Below, piece by piece: positions 50,265 to 62,006 of a stretch of 64,000 nucleotides of DNA (position 1 is its first letter; each line of letters begins with the position of its first letter). Below the pieces are notes generated by a model. That model saw only the letters and a program-made list of their open reading frames with translations. It was not told the origin of the DNA and did no database searches. This stretch comes from Terriglobia bacterium. GTDB taxonomy: Bacteria > Acidobacteriota > Terriglobia > 20CM-2-55-15. The DNA is taken from contig CAXWPJ010000012.1 in NCBI GenBank assembly GCA_963664115.2, positions 160,001 to 224,000 on the forward strand, in the 5' to 3' direction. A program made the position numbers and the translations under genes.

Positions 50265-50663
50265 GGTCTATCGGCTAATCTCAGGACCGGTCATCGCCCG
50301 GACGAGAATCCGAACAAACGCCGAACAAGTAAATATAACACCCGATGGCCTTTATTAACGGCCCCGACGAACGGAACCGGCCAGAACACTCCTTCATGCA
50401 GCGGCTGACTTGTGTCACGCGCCCGAGGGTTCATCCCTCGCTTCGAACAGGGTTCCGCTGCGATACGTCACGGTGTGCCAGGGTGGCTGAAGAGACAATC
50501 CAGTGGGAGTGAATAGTTGGCGCGATTTCTATAATCCGGCAAATCACTCCGAAACGAGCTCACATGCCTTGGGTGGCGAGCCCCACGGTCGAGGCATGGC
50601 AGAGGAAGACAAACTGTCCTGAAATGATGCTGTTAGCTGAGATAAAGTCGTTCGCATGACCTC

Positions 50664-51632
50664 ATGCTACAATCGGCCAAACCCATGAGAAGTACAGCCC
50701 AGAACGCCCAGGAGAAGACCTTTGAGCTGAGCAGAACGATCGGCAAGGTAATCAAGGGGAAGCGGGGGACGATTGAATTGGCCGTTGTGGCACTCCTGGC
50801 CGAAGGGCATTTGCTGATCGAAGATGTCCCGGGCGTGGGCAAGACGACCCTGGGCCACACGATGGCGATGGCTCTGGGATCGAAGTTTCACCGGCTCCAG
50901 TTCACCAGTGATCTTCTTCCGTCCGATGTACTGGGTGTGTCGATCTATAACCCGAACGGGCACGAGTTCGAGTTTAAGCGAGGCCCGATCTTCGCCAACA
51001 TTGTCCTGGCAGACGAAATCAATCGGACGACTCCGAAGACTCAGAGCGCCTTGCTCGAAGCGATGAACGAGAATCAGGTGACGATCGATAACGTCACACA
51101 CCCATTACCCCGCCCGTTCATGGTTCTCGCCACCCAAAACCCAGTCGAACATCACGGGACCTATCCTCTTCCGGAATCACAGTTGGATCGCTTTCTGATG
51201 AAGATCGAGATCGGCTACCCGGACGCGTCCGCCGAAAAGGAAATTCTGGAACGTTACAGCAACGGGAACAACAGCCGTGCTCTGGAAGCGGTGCTCAATC
51301 CGGCAGAGGTTATCGAACTCCAGAACGAATGTCGCAGAGTTCACGTCGGAGATGCCCTCGTCGATTACATGATCGAGATCGTCAACCAGACCCGCACTCA
51401 TGGCGAAATCGAACTGGGCGTCAGCCCGCGGGGGACCGCCGCGCTGTTCCGCGCAGCGCAGGCCCTCGCCATGGTTCAAGGCCGCGATTACGTGCTACCG
51501 GACGACGTGAAAACCCTGATTCCAAACGTTTTTGGACACCGACTGGTCTTGGCGCGCTCGAGTACGGGGCACCAACAAGGCGCGACAGCTCTCCTGGAAG
51601 AGATCCTCGACCGGGTCCCCGTACCGGCCTGA
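50664..51632 (+). CDS. MoxR-family AAA+ ATPase
   Basis: EDVPGVGKT, QFTSDLLPSD, LADEINR, ATQNP, SPRG. Confidence 0.93.
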   Translation: MLQSAKPMRSTAQNAQEKTFELSRTIGKVIKGKRGTIELAVVALLAEGHLLIEDVPGVGKTTLGHTMAMALGSKFHRLQFTSDLLPSDVLGVSIYNPNGHEFEFKRGPIFANIVLADEINRTTPKTQSALLEAMNENQVTIDNVTHPLPRPFMVLATQNPVEHHGTYPLPESQLDRFLMKIEIGYPDASAEKEILERYSNGNNSRALEAVLNPAEVIELQNECRRVHVGDALVDYMIEIVNQTRTHGEIELGVSPRGTAALFRAAQALAMVQGRDYVLPDDVKTLIPNVFGHRLVLARSSTGHQQGATALLEEILDRVPVPA

Positions 51633-51649
51633 CATCTCCCCTATTTAAT

Positions 51650-52963
51650 ATGGCGAGAACACCCAGGATGTCGCCAACGCCAATAGGCGAACGCCTGCGG
51701 AAACTTGCCCGGGAATTTCGCTCCGAGCATCAACGCCACAGCCTGATGGCACGGCATTTTCTGAAATCAATGGTGCTGCTCGGGATCGCGATGCTGGCCG
51801 CGCTCTATTCCAACAGCTCGGCGCGCGACGGACAGATTGTTTCCGCCGGCATCGGGGCCTTCATTGCCTTGTCGATAGCCATATGGGTCGGTGTGCGTTT
51901 TGTGCCGCGCCTTGCAGCCGGAGTCGACTGGGACTGGTTGCCATTTTTCACACAATACCGTTTGACTCGCGACGGTTGGATTTACATTACGGCCACCGTG
52001 GTCGTCCTCTCGGCTGCGATCAATACGAGCAACAACTTGCTCTACATGATCCTTTCGGCATTGTTGGCGGTCATGCTTCTCTCCGGGTTTCTTTCGGGCC
52101 TCAACTTTCGTGTCGTTAGAGTAACGGCACGACTGCCGGAATATTGCTTCGCCATGCAACCTTTTCAGATGACGGTAGCGGTCAAGAACCCGAAGCGGGT
52201 CTTCCCGACGTTTTCGCTCGGCGTCAGCGCAGTCGAGACGAGTCCGTTTGATTTCGCTCCCTCCTACGTTCCATTGGTCCAGACCCGCGACCAGGACACT
52301 CGAACCGTCGAAGCTCTTATCTCCAGCAGGGGCCGGCACAGTCTCACCGAAGTTCATCTCAAGTCGCGATATCCTTTCGGTTTCATAGTCAAAGGACGCC
52401 CCTTCCGGGTCGATGCCAGCTGTATTGCGTTCCCCGAGATCCTGCCTAGTGAAAAACTCGATGTTGCCATCCACGACATCATGGGCAAATCGGAACGCTT
52501 TGAACGGGGACTGGGGATGGATCTGTACATGATCCGCGACTACGTATCTTCCGACAGCGCACGGCACGTTGACTGGAAAGCATCGGCAAAAACCTCTGCG
52601 CTAAAGACACGCGAATTTGCTACCGAAGAAAGCCGAAGCGTGCTGTTGCTCTTCGACCGGTATGGGCAGGCCGGAGACGAAGAGCACTTCGAAAGGCTTG
52701 TTTCCCAAGCAGCGTCTCTGGCCCTGTATCTTTCCGAACATGGTGCGGAAGTCTCATTGATATCCGACGATTGGAGCTCGCCCCCAGGACAATCCAACAA
52801 CCTGCTACAATCAATTCTTCGCCATCTGGCATTGGTCGAAATGACACCGGGTGCCGAGTTGGTTGGCTCTGATGGGAGCGAGGCCGTCGTATTTTCTCTG
52901 CGGAGCCCGTCCAATACACACACGCAATGGAACGCTACTTCCAAATCTCATTCCATGCGCTGA
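51650..52963 (+). CDS. DUF58 domain membrane protein
   Basis: AAINTSNNLLY, SRYPFG, IRDY...DSARHVDWKASAK; start uncertain. Confidence 0.85.
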   Translation: MARTPRMSPTPIGERLRKLAREFRSEHQRHSLMARHFLKSMVLLGIAMLAALYSNSSARDGQIVSAGIGAFIALSIAIWVGVRFVPRLAAGVDWDWLPFFTQYRLTRDGWIYITATVVVLSAAINTSNNLLYMILSALLAVMLLSGFLSGLNFRVVRVTARLPEYCFAMQPFQMTVAVKNPKRVFPTFSLGVSAVETSPFDFAPSYVPLVQTRDQDTRTVEALISSRGRHSLTEVHLKSRYPFGFIVKGRPFRVDASCIAFPEILPSEKLDVAIHDIMGKSERFERGLGMDLYMIRDYVSSDSARHVDWKASAKTSALKTREFATEESRSVLLLFDRYGQAGDEEHFERLVSQAASLALYLSEHGAEVSLISDDWSSPPGQSNNLLQSILRHLALVEMTPGAELVGSDGSEAVVFSLRSPSNTHTQWNATSKSHSMR

Positions 52964-55035
52964 TTCTCACAGCGTTCATAGCGCTGGTGGAAACCGGCCG
53001 GATCGACATCGCGTCGATCGTCCTGTTCCTCGTCTTCTTCGGAGTGACGACACGTCGAGTTCTCAAGGGACAGCCTCCCCTGCTCACCGCGCGCGGCGCC
53101 TTTTTTCTCTCGCTCGGCTACATATTCTTCTTCGTCCTGGATAGCCTGATTCTCTCCGGGTCCTTCATCAGCGCGATCATTCACATGGTCCTCTTTCTGG
53201 AAATTGCGAAGCTGGCCCAGACGAAAGAAGACAAAGACTATCTGTACCTGATTCTCCTCGCCTTCCTGCAGGTGCTCGCGGCTTCCTCACTGACCATCGA
53301 TATATCTTTCGTCTTCACATTATTCTTCTTCCTGGTTGCGCTGGTTTCAACGCTGATGAGCTTTGACATCTATCGTTCCCAGAGAGAAACATCGAACTCC
53401 GAACGCATTCCGATCGATAGACCGCTGGGCGGTATGAGTGTGTGGGCGACGGCCTGGATCGTCATCATCGGTATCGCACTGTTCTTCGCCATGCCACGGA
53501 TCGGAACAGGATATTTCAGTCGCGCAGCGACCCAGGCTCTGCTGCTCTCCGGTTTTACCGACACCGTGGAATTAGGAGAAATCGGGGAGGTCAAACTGAG
53601 CTCGGCTCTGGTGATGCGGACGCGTATCCTCAGCGGCCCTCCGTCGGCAGCACCGAAATGGCGAGGTCTCGCCCTGGATACCTTTGACGGACACACCTGG
53701 TCCAAGGCGCGCCGACGGCGTCAGGGCATTCGGAGATCAAGGGCCGGGGACAACAATGACTATCCAATCCAACCGATGTCGGGCACCGGAGAGGCCCTTC
53801 GGGTCGAAGTCTTCCTGGAACCTCTGGCCACACCCACGCTGTTTGGCCCCCACGTCATCCGATCCATCTCCGGAGAATTCCGCGGTCTCGAACGCGACAA
53901 CGCCGATGGTGTTTATCAGAGGGTTCGCGCGGCACGGAGAACGCAATATGAGGTTCTTTCCGAAATACCATTGAGAAACCCTCCCTCCGACACCACCGAG
54001 GGCACGGACCTACTGCCTGACAACGCGGACATTTACCTTCAGCTGCCTCCGGATCTGGATCCGAGGATCGTCGACCTGGCAGAGATGGTTGCCATGGGTG
54101 GGGACACTGTGGTTGAGAAGGCTTCTCTGATCGAAACCTACCTGCGGACCAATCACGCCTACTCTCTCCAACTGACCTGGGATCCGGGTGCGCAACCGCT
54201 GAGCACCTTTCTGTTCGAAGCCCGGTCCGGGCACTGCGAATACTTCGCTTCTTCGATGGCCATCATGCTTAGAGTTCTGGGCATCCCTACGCGTATGGTC
54301 AACGGGTTCCTGACAGGCGAGTACAACTCGATCGGAGACTCCTACATCGTCCGGCAGTACGACGCGCACAGTTGGGTCGAGGTCTACCTGCCCGGACAGG
54401 GGTGGATGGAGTTCGACCCGACGCCTCCAGATCCCAACCGGAACGAGCCCGGCATGCTGACCCTCATCTCGCACTATTTGGATGCGGCCGAACTGTTCTG
54501 GAACGCCTACATCCTGACCTACGACTCCGGAACGCAGCTTCAGTTTTTCCAAAGCGCGCAGGACACGGTTCGAACGCTGCAGAGCTCCCTTCGTAACCGG
54601 TCCGACTCGTGGGCCGGCTGGAGCCAGGCCCTGTCGGATCGAATTTCCGCACGGATACGGGACGTCGTCGAGACACGCTGGTTCTGGTCTCTGGTGCTGG
54701 GGGTCGCAATCCTGGGACTCGTAGTAAAGTACCGATCATCGATCCGCACGCAATTGAAAATCTGGAATCTGCGTTTGGGCAGGGGAGATGCCGACAGGGA
54801 CGTCGTGACCCGACTATTCTACCGGGCAACTGCATTGGCGGCGCCCCGGGGCCGCACCCGTCTGCCCCACCAGACGTGGCGGGAGTGGATGGGGGAAATT
54901 CCCGACGAGAGCCGCAAACACCGGGTCGCGGTGGCGCTCGGCATCTTCGAGAAGGCCCGCTACAGCAGCTCTCCCGTCACCCCTGAAGATTACGTAAACC
55001 TGGAACAGACAATCCAGCAACTCAAGCGTGCGTGA
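52927..55035 (+). CDS. Transglutaminase-like membrane protein (TgpA-like)
   Basis: GHCEYFAS, R.VNGF, DAHSWVEVY, W.EFDPTP. Confidence 0.9.
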   Translation: MERYFQISFHALILTAFIALVETGRIDIASIVLFLVFFGVTTRRVLKGQPPLLTARGAFFLSLGYIFFFVLDSLILSGSFISAIIHMVLFLEIAKLAQTKEDKDYLYLILLAFLQVLAASSLTIDISFVFTLFFFLVALVSTLMSFDIYRSQRETSNSERIPIDRPLGGMSVWATAWIVIIGIALFFAMPRIGTGYFSRAATQALLLSGFTDTVELGEIGEVKLSSALVMRTRILSGPPSAAPKWRGLALDTFDGHTWSKARRRRQGIRRSRAGDNNDYPIQPMSGTGEALRVEVFLEPLATPTLFGPHVIRSISGEFRGLERDNADGVYQRVRAARRTQYEVLSEIPLRNPPSDTTEGTDLLPDNADIYLQLPPDLDPRIVDLAEMVAMGGDTVVEKASLIETYLRTNHAYSLQLTWDPGAQPLSTFLFEARSGHCEYFASSMAIMLRVLGIPTRMVNGFLTGEYNSIGDSYIVRQYDAHSWVEVYLPGQGWMEFDPTPPDPNRNEPGMLTLISHYLDAAELFWNAYILTYDSGTQLQFFQSAQDTVRTLQSSLRNRSDSWAGWSQALSDRISARIRDVVETRWFWSLVLGVAILGLVVKYRSSIRTQLKIWNLRLGRGDADRDVVTRLFYRATALAAPRGRTRLPHQTWREWMGEIPDESRKHRVAVALGIFEKARYSSSPVTPEDYVNLEQTIQQLKRA

Positions 55036-55050
55036 GGGAGTCGCCTTCCA

Positions 55051-56424
55051 ATGTCACAAATAACCCTTAACAAGACGACGCGAGTCGGTTTCGTCAGCCT
55101 GGGCTGCCCCAAGAACCTGGTTGACAGCGAAGTCATGCTCGGGTTGCTGTCTGAGCAGGGCTATGAGCTCACCACGGATAAGGAATCGGCCGACGTGATC
55201 GTCGTCAACACCTGCGGCTTCATCGACAGCGCGAAGGAAGAATCCGTGGATACGATTCTTGAAATGGCTCGCTTGAAGGAAGAGGGGCGTTGCAAGAAGC
55301 TTGTCGTCGCGGGGTGCCTGGCCCAGAGATACCGGGAGGAAATACAGAAAGAGATTCCTGAAATCGATTTCGTCTTCGGTCCCGACGATCTGGGAAGCAT
55401 TCTCGAGGCAGTACAAACCGCCGGCAACGATCCTGTTCCGGCAGTCTCGATCGATGCGCTCTACACTTCGCGCGAAGTACCGACGATTCCAAGAATTCTG
55501 ACGACGCCGGCTCACATGGCGTACCTGAAGATTTCTGAGGGTTGCGATCACACCTGTGCCTTCTGTGCCATTCCTGGCTTCAGAGGACGCTTTAGAAGCC
55601 GTTCTGTCGAAGATCTGGTCGCCGAAGCCCGGCGGCTGGAGGCCAGCGGCGTCCGGGAAATAGTTATCGTGTCCCAGGACACGCTGGCTTACGGTAAGGA
55701 CCTCGGCATGACAGCCGGCATACTGGCTTTGCTTGAAAGCCTCCTCGCAGTTGACGGGCTCGCCTGGATACGACTGCTCTACTGCTATCCCAATCTGCTC
55801 TCGGAATCGATGATCCGGCTGATCGGAAGCGAGAAGAGATTGTGCAATTACTTCGATATTCCATACCAGCACGCAAGCCCCCGAGTGCTTGAGAGAATGC
55901 GGAGAGGAAGCGGACGTGTGGGCTTCGAGGCACAGGTCGAACAGATACGGGAACTCGTCCCGGGGGCCGGATTGAGAACGTCCTTTATAGTGGGCTTCCC
56001 GGGTGAGACGGAATCGGATTTCCTGGAACTTGTTCAGTTTGTCGATAGCGTGCGCTTCGACAACCTCGGGGTCTTCCTGTACTCGGACGAAGAAGGCACG
56101 TTGGCTGAGAGTCTCGATTGCAAGGTTCCGCGCGATCTGGCCGTCGAAAGACGCGACGTTTTGATGGAGAAACAGGCTGACATCTCACGAAGTCAACTAA
56201 GGAAACTCATCGGTCGCAGGGTACCTGTTCTTCTCGAGGGTGTCTCGTCCGAATCGGACCTCTTGCTCGAAGGACGCATGGAAACACAAGCGCCGGAGAT
56301 CGACGGAAAGATCTTGATCAATGACACGGCCGAGCAACAGCCCGAAAGCGGTCGGTTTTACCTCACAGAAATCACGGACAGCATGGAGTACGACCTTCTG
56401 GGTCGAATTGTTGCCAATATATAG
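55051..56424 (+). CDS. rimO: Ribosomal protein S12 methylthiotransferase
   Basis: [37 protein letters not shown]. Confidence 0.95.
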   Translation: MSQITLNKTTRVGFVSLGCPKNLVDSEVMLGLLSEQGYELTTDKESADVIVVNTCGFIDSAKEESVDTILEMARLKEEGRCKKLVVAGCLAQRYREEIQKEIPEIDFVFGPDDLGSILEAVQTAGNDPVPAVSIDALYTSREVPTIPRILTTPAHMAYLKISEGCDHTCAFCAIPGFRGRFRSRSVEDLVAEARRLEASGVREIVIVSQDTLAYGKDLGMTAGILALLESLLAVDGLAWIRLLYCYPNLLSESMIRLIGSEKRLCNYFDIPYQHASPRVLERMRRGSGRVGFEAQVEQIRELVPGAGLRTSFIVGFPGETESDFLELVQFVDSVRFDNLGVFLYSDEEGTLAESLDCKVPRDLAVERRDVLMEKQADISRSQLRKLIGRRVPVLLEGVSSESDLLLEGRMETQAPEIDGKILINDTAEQQPESGRFYLTEITDSMEYDLLGRIVANI

Positions 56425-56446
56425 CGTTAGACGGTCCATAGCCACG

Positions 56447-56635
56447 ATGCCGGCCCAGTGCCCCACATGTGGAAAGAAAACAGCTTACCGAAAGAATCCC
56501 TTTCGTCCGTTCTGTTCAGAACGATGCAAGTTGATCGACCTGGGGAAATGGGCTTCGGAAGCCTACCGCCTGCCGTCTGAAGAAAGCGCACCTGGAGATT
56601 CCGGCAATTCCGATGGAAACGTCGAAGACGACTGA
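56447..56635 (+). CDS. yacG: DNA gyrase inhibitor YacG
   Basis: CPTC...[16 protein letters not shown]. Confidence 0.9.
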   Translation: MPAQCPTCGKKTAYRKNPFRPFCSERCKLIDLGKWASEAYRLPSEESAPGDSGNSDGNVEDD

Positions 56636-57140
56636 ACCGGCCCTGTCAACCGAAGCGCGAACCCCGCTGGATGGTATCGCTGTCGCAATCGCAACCGCAG
56701 GTGGTGCGGGATTCGCACCCAAGGCGCCCGGCACGATGGGATCTCTTGTCGGTGTCGGGCTGTTCGGGCTCATCACTTACTCCGGTTGGTATAGCATCTA
56801 TTGGCCGCTGTTGGCCGCCATCCTGGCCGCAGGAGTCTGGTCGGCCGGTCACGTGGAGCGGATATACGGCCATGACGCTTCGAAAATAGTCATCGACGAA
56901 GTCATTGGGCAAATGATCACGATAGGGTTCGTCAGGAGTTCAGGAACTTCCGCGATCGCGATAGATGTGATTCTCGGCTTTTTGCTTTTCCGGTTTTTCG
57001 ATATCCTTAAGCCCTTTCCGCTACGTCGGCTGGAGCGGCTGCCAGGTGGTCTTGGAGTGGTGGCGGATGATGTTGGCGCCGGGATATACGGTTTGATATT
57101 TTTGATATTTCTAAAGCTCCTGATAGCGAGAATCGCATGA
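56613..57140 (+). CDS. pgpA: Phosphatidylglycerophosphatase A
   Basis: APGTMGS, D...[23 protein letters not shown]. Confidence 0.92.
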   Translation: METSKTTEPALSTEARTPLDGIAVAIATAGGAGFAPKAPGTMGSLVGVGLFGLITYSGWYSIYWPLLAAILAAGVWSAGHVERIYGHDASKIVIDEVIGQMITIGFVRSSGTSAIAIDVILGFLLFRFFDILKPFPLRRLERLPGGLGVVADDVGAGIYGLIFLIFLKLLIARIA

Positions 57141-58162
57141 GCGAAATTACCATCAAACGTGTGCTACCCCAGGCAGCTCTACCTGGAGGCGAAGTGATGA
57201 TCGAGTACGGAGGCGTCGATCTTCAGGGAGAGCGCCGACCCGAAGTGCACTTCGGCGACTACGCAGCACAGGTCACGATCGCATCAGACGAGCTCATCGT
57301 AGCGAAGGTCCCGGAGTCTTCGTCTGAGACCGGAACTTCAGAGTTATCCATCGCTGACAACGGCGATTCGAGCCCCCCGTTCCCGTATGAGGTGGGCAAG
57401 CGCCTGGCAACCAACCTACACCCCGTCGCCAATCCCGCAGTCGACAGCGAAGGCAATATTTACGCAACGTACAGCGGCCGCAGAGGCCAGAAAACCCCGG
57501 TCTCGATTTACAAAATCACTCCCAGCGGCGCGGTCACGCCACACACAGTTGAGATCATAAATGCCACGGGACTGGCTTTCGGGTCGGAGGGAGACCTCTT
57601 TGTGTCGAGCCGGCACGAGGGAAATGTTTACAAAGTCGATTCCAGCGGAAAGGCGGAACTCTATATCGAAGGCATGGGAATTGCCACGGGCTTGGCTTTC
57701 GACAGAAAGAGCAATCTCTACGTCGGTGACAGAAGCGGTAGCGTCTTCAAGATCAGTCCGAGCCGCGAGATCTTCGTCTTTGCGACGCTGGAGCCCAGTA
57801 TGGCTGCATACCATATCGCTTACGGCCTGGACGATTATCTATATCTCACCGGCCCGACAACCTCGAGCTTCGACTCGATCCATAGGATCTCTCCTACAGG
57901 TGAAGTCGAAAAGTTCTTTACGGGACTGGGTAGACCGCAAGGGATGGCCTTCGATATTGAAGGCAACCTCTACGTCGTCGCCTCCTACAGAGGACGACGC
58001 GGAATACTTCGCTTCACCGGTACGAGCCGGACACCCGAACTTTTCGTCTCGGGTATGGGACTGGTCGGCCTGGCGTTTGACTACGCCGAGAACATGGTCA
58101 TAGCGGACACCTCCTCCGTCTACAGGGTCCGCGCCGGAACCATGGGAAGACCCCTTCCCTAA
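57137..58162 (+). CDS. IPT/TIG-like domain + SMP-30/gluconolactonase-like beta-propeller
   Basis: Repeated TGLAFD..GNLYV units after an Ig-like N-terminus. Confidence 0.75.
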   Translation: MSEITIKRVLPQAALPGGEVMIEYGGVDLQGERRPEVHFGDYAAQVTIASDELIVAKVPESSSETGTSELSIADNGDSSPPFPYEVGKRLATNLHPVANPAVDSEGNIYATYSGRRGQKTPVSIYKITPSGAVTPHTVEIINATGLAFGSEGDLFVSSRHEGNVYKVDSSGKAELYIEGMGIATGLAFDRKSNLYVGDRSGSVFKISPSREIFVFATLEPSMAAYHIAYGLDDYLYLTGPTTSSFDSIHRISPTGEVEKFFTGLGRPQGMAFDIEGNLYVVASYRGRRGILRFTGTSRTPELFVSGMGLVGLAFDYAENMVIADTSSVYRVRAGTMGRPLP

Positions 58163-58199
58163 TAGTGATCTGTACCTCCTTTTTCCTCTGGTTCTTTCT

Positions 58200-59441
58200 A
58201 TGTTGACAGCAGAAATCATTGCGATCGGTTCGGAGCTGCTGACTCCCCGATTCAAGGATACGAATTCCGTCTTTCTGACCCAACAACTCAACCGGATGGG
58301 AATTTCGGTCGCGATGCGCACAATCGCCGGAGATCATGAAGACAAGCTCGAACACGCCCTGAAATCAGCGATGGATCGCACACCAATCGTTATCACGATA
58401 GGCGGCCTGGGCCCGACTGAAGACGACATCACCCGGAAAGCCGTTGCCCAGGTGACACGTCGTCAGTTGGTCTTAGACGATGTCGTGCTGGAGAAACTTA
58501 AGGCACGGTTCGCAAAAAGATCCATGCCGATGCCCGCAAATAACGCACGTCAGGCCCTGGTCCCGGCGGGCGCCGAAGTATTGGACAACCCGAACGGCAC
58601 TGCGCCCGGGCTGTGGCTCTCAAACGAAAAAAACACACTTATTCTGCTTCCTGGACCCCCTCGGGAGCTTGAACCGATGTTCGAAAGAAGTTGTTGTCCG
58701 CGGCTGATAAAGATGGCCGGCTCGCTTGCACTGTCGGTCCGTACCTACCGAACAACGGGACTTCCGGAGTCTACGCTCGACGCCCGAATCGCACCAATCT
58801 ACACCAAGTACAGGAATCCGGAAACGACAGTGCTATCGAAACCGGGGCAGGTCGATATCCATCTGATTGCACGCGCCAAGACCGTCGCAGAAGCCGATCG
58901 ATTGGTTGACGAACTCGGAAATCAAATCGACCAGGAACTTGGGGATTTCGTGTTTGCCCGCTCCGATCAGGAACTGGAAGAAATAGTCGGGATGTACCTG
59001 GTGCTGAAGGGCGCCACGATCGCTGTTGCGGAGTCCTGCACCGGAGGAATGATGGCCGAGCGCTTGACATCGGTTCCAGGCAGCTCCCGGTATTTCACCT
59101 CCGGAATTGTGACCTACAGCAACGAGTCCAAGATCGCGTTGGTGGGTATTCCGCCTCTGGTACTGGAAATGGAAGGGGCGGTAAGCAAGGAAGTCTCTGT
59201 CGGACTCGCCGAGAGCGTTCGAGAGAAGATAGGTTCGACGATCGGCGTAGGCATTACAGGCATTGCGGGTCCCGATGGGGGCACACCGGAAAAACCGGTC
59301 GGCACCGTACATGTGGCCGTGTCGGGACCCGAAGGTACCACACACCTTCAATTCGTATTTCCAGGCGCGCGCGACAGAGTCCGTTGGCAATCGTCTCAGG
59401 CCGCATTGGACATGGTGCGACGGTATCTTGAAACCCTCTGA
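58200..59441 (+). CDS. cinA: Competence/damage-inducible protein (MoCF-like + NMN deamidase)
   Basis: AIGSELL, GGLGPTEDDIT, AESCTGG, GITGIAGPDGG. Confidence 0.95.
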   Translation: MLTAEIIAIGSELLTPRFKDTNSVFLTQQLNRMGISVAMRTIAGDHEDKLEHALKSAMDRTPIVITIGGLGPTEDDITRKAVAQVTRRQLVLDDVVLEKLKARFAKRSMPMPANNARQALVPAGAEVLDNPNGTAPGLWLSNEKNTLILLPGPPRELEPMFERSCCPRLIKMAGSLALSVRTYRTTGLPESTLDARIAPIYTKYRNPETTVLSKPGQVDIHLIARAKTVAEADRLVDELGNQIDQELGDFVFARSDQELEEIVGMYLVLKGATIAVAESCTGGMMAERLTSVPGSSRYFTSGIVTYSNESKIALVGIPPLVLEMEGAVSKEVSVGLAESVREKIGSTIGVGITGIAGPDGGTPEKPVGTVHVAVSGPEGTTHLQFVFPGARDRVRWQSSQAALDMVRRYLETL

Positions 59442-59443
59442 GC

Positions 59444-59992
59444 ATGCGTCTGTTCGTCGCAATAGATCTGCCAGCCCTCGTCGTACGGTCCTTGTCCGAA
59501 ATCCGAGGCGAGCTCGAACCTCACACGAGCAAGCTCCGATGGGTTCGTCCCGAATCGATACATCTGACCTTGAAGTTCCTTGGAGAGGTATCACCACCAC
59601 GGTTGGGTGCCATCGAGGACAGCCTTGCGAGGATCCGGGGAGCCGCTTTCAAAGTTTCAATTTCCGGTGTAGGCTTCTTCCCGAATAACCGGGCGCCGCG
59701 GGTGTTGTGGGCGGGTGTTGCATCAGAAGCTCTGGGACACCTGGCGGGGGAAGTGGACGCGCAGATGATAGCCCTGGATGTTCCTCCGCAGCGTCGAAAA
59801 TTCACGCCCCATCTGACCTTGGCCCGAAGCCGGGGCGATGGACGCATGAATCCCGACCTGGTTCAAGCGGTAGAACGGTTTCGAAACAGCGATTTCGGAG
59901 AATTCACGGCGAACCGATTCCACCTGTACGAAAGCCGGCTCGATCCGTCCGGAGCAATCTACAAGAAACTGGGAGCTTACCCTCTGGAATAG
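59444..59992 (+). CDS. thpR: RNA 2',3'-cyclic phosphodiesterase
   Basis: MRLFVAI, two HLTL motifs, PRVLWAG. Confidence 0.92.
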   Translation: MRLFVAIDLPALVVRSLSEIRGELEPHTSKLRWVRPESIHLTLKFLGEVSPPRLGAIEDSLARIRGAAFKVSISGVGFFPNNRAPRVLWAGVASEALGHLAGEVDAQMIALDVPPQRRKFTPHLTLARSRGDGRMNPDLVQAVERFRNSDFGEFTANRFHLYESRLDPSGAIYKKLGAYPLE

Positions 59993-59993
59993 C

Positions 59994-60995
59994 ATGAGCG
60001 CTTCAATCGCAGTGATCGGTGCCGGAGGATGGGGTACGGCCCTATCCATTGCGATGGCACGGGTCCATAAACGGGTTCGACTCTGGGTCTACGAACCCGA
60101 GCTCGTTGAAGCCATTCGTCGCGATCGCAGAAATCCGATTTATCTGCCCGGCAGCCCTATTCCCGAGACGGTGCAACCGAGCGCGTCCATCGCAGAGACC
60201 ATCGAAAATGCGGATGTTGTCATCAGCGCCGTACCTTCCCATGTCTGCCGCAGTGTCTACGAACAAATCCTGCCGTTTGCCCAGCCGGACATGCTTTTCG
60301 TGACGGCAACCAAGGGCATCGAGAATGGCTCGCTGATGCGCATGTCGGAGGTTATCGAAAACGTGATCTCTCCGAAGTTCTCCCCCAAGATCGCTGCTAT
60401 TTCAGGGCCCACTTTCGCACTCGAAGTCGCCCGCGGAGAACCGACCGCGCTGGTCGTCGCTAGCCCGGACGAAGAATTGAGACTGCATTTACAGCAGGAA
60501 CTGTCGGCACCCCATTTTCGGCTCTATACGAACCCGGATATCGTCGGCGTCGAGATCGGAGCTTCCGTCAAGAACATCATCGCAATCGCCGCGGGTGTCG
60601 TGTCGGGTTTGAAGCTCGGGCACAACGCCACCGCAGCACTGATTACGCGGGGACTTGCCGAAATCATGAGACTCGCCGAGGCTTGTGGGGGAGAGCCAAA
60701 CACCCTGGCGGGACTGGCCGGCCTGGGCGATCTGGTCCTGACATGCACGGGACATCTCAGCCGTAACCGCCAGGTGGGAGTCGCTCTGGGCGAGGGCAGA
60801 AAGCGTGATGAGATCATTTCGAGCATGCGGATGGTCGCCGAAGGCATAAAGACAAGTGAGTCGACTGTGGCTCTGGCGGAGAAACTTTCGGTAGAGATGC
60901 CGATCGCCCGGGAGATTTATGCTGTCCTCTATGAAGATAAGGCTCCTCAGGACGCGATCAACGAACTCATGGTGCGGGAATTGAAAGAGGAATAG
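59994..60995 (+). CDS. gpsA: NAD(P)H-dependent glycerol-3-phosphate dehydrogenase
   Basis: GAGGWGTAL, TKGIE, SGPTFA, KNIIAIAAG, GLGDL.LTC...SRN. Confidence 0.95.
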   Translation: MSASIAVIGAGGWGTALSIAMARVHKRVRLWVYEPELVEAIRRDRRNPIYLPGSPIPETVQPSASIAETIENADVVISAVPSHVCRSVYEQILPFAQPDMLFVTATKGIENGSLMRMSEVIENVISPKFSPKIAAISGPTFALEVARGEPTALVVASPDEELRLHLQQELSAPHFRLYTNPDIVGVEIGASVKNIIAIAAGVVSGLKLGHNATAALITRGLAEIMRLAEACGGEPNTLAGLAGLGDLVLTCTGHLSRNRQVGVALGEGRKRDEIISSMRMVAEGIKTSESTVALAEKLSVEMPIAREIYAVLYEDKAPQDAINELMVRELKEE

Positions 60996-61006
60996 TTTCC
61001 GAGGCT

Positions 61007-61966
61007 ATGGAATTCATCACTCTCTTTGGAACGCCGAAACCTAAGGACCCCAGCGTCGTCGAGAAGATTCAGAATGCCGTCTCGCGTACGAAACATGAAT
61101 TTACCGGGCGACTCGAGGAGCTGGTCGAAGGTAAGAAGGAAATCGATTCCGAACTACTGGAAGATCTCGAAGCCATCATGATCGGGGCTGACATCGGGGC
61201 CGGAACGACGGCCGGAATTCTGGACGCAATCCGGGATCAGGTATCGCGGGAGACGCTGAAAGATCCCATCGAACTGCGAGCAGCATTGAAGAAGGAGCTC
61301 AGAAAGACCCTCGAAATAGAGACCCGGGCATACGCCGAGGTAGCCCCGGGCAACCCATTCGTCATTCTCGTCGTTGGAGTGAATGGAGTCGGTAAGACGA
61401 CGACCATCGCGAAACTCGCGCGCCGCTATGTGGCCGATGACAAGAAGGTCATGCTCTGCGCCGCTGACACGTTCCGGGCCGCAGCTATCGAGCAACTCGA
61501 AATCTGGGCTGAGCGCGTCGGCGTTCCGCTTGTGAAGCAGAAACCGGGTGCAGATCCCTCAGCTGTACTATTCGATACCCTCCGGTCGGCGAAAGCGCGC
61601 GGTGTCGACTATGTGATTGTCGACACCGCAGGCCGCCTGCACACCAAAAACAACCTGATGGCGGAACTGGAGAAAATGACTCGCATCGCGGCGCGCGAAG
61701 TCCCGGACGCACCACACGAAGTCCTGCTGGTCCTGGACGCAACAACGGGTCAGAATGGGCTCATTCAAGCTCGGGAATTCACCAAGACGGCCGATTTGAC
61801 AGGTCTGGTACTGACGAAGTTGGATGGCACAGCCAAGGGAGGCGTCGTGACATCGATCGTCAAAGAACTGGGGATTCCGATTCGGTTCATCGGCACAGGC
61901 GAAAAGATTGACGACCTCATCGAGTTTTCTGCCGACGATTTTGTCGATTCCCTCTTCGCGGCGTGA
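61007..61966 (+). CDS. ftsY: Signal recognition particle receptor
   Basis: [32 protein letters not shown]. Confidence 0.96.
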   Translation: MEFITLFGTPKPKDPSVVEKIQNAVSRTKHEFTGRLEELVEGKKEIDSELLEDLEAIMIGADIGAGTTAGILDAIRDQVSRETLKDPIELRAALKKELRKTLEIETRAYAEVAPGNPFVILVVGVNGVGKTTTIAKLARRYVADDKKVMLCAADTFRAAAIEQLEIWAERVGVPLVKQKPGADPSAVLFDTLRSAKARGVDYVIVDTAGRLHTKNNLMAELEKMTRIAAREVPDAPHEVLLVLDATTGQNGLIQAREFTKTADLTGLVLTKLDGTAKGGVVTSIVKELGIPIRFIGTGEKIDDLIEFSADDFVDSLFAA

Positions 61967-62006
61967 AGACAGTCCACAGATCGACACACATTCATCACAT
62001 CAGTTT

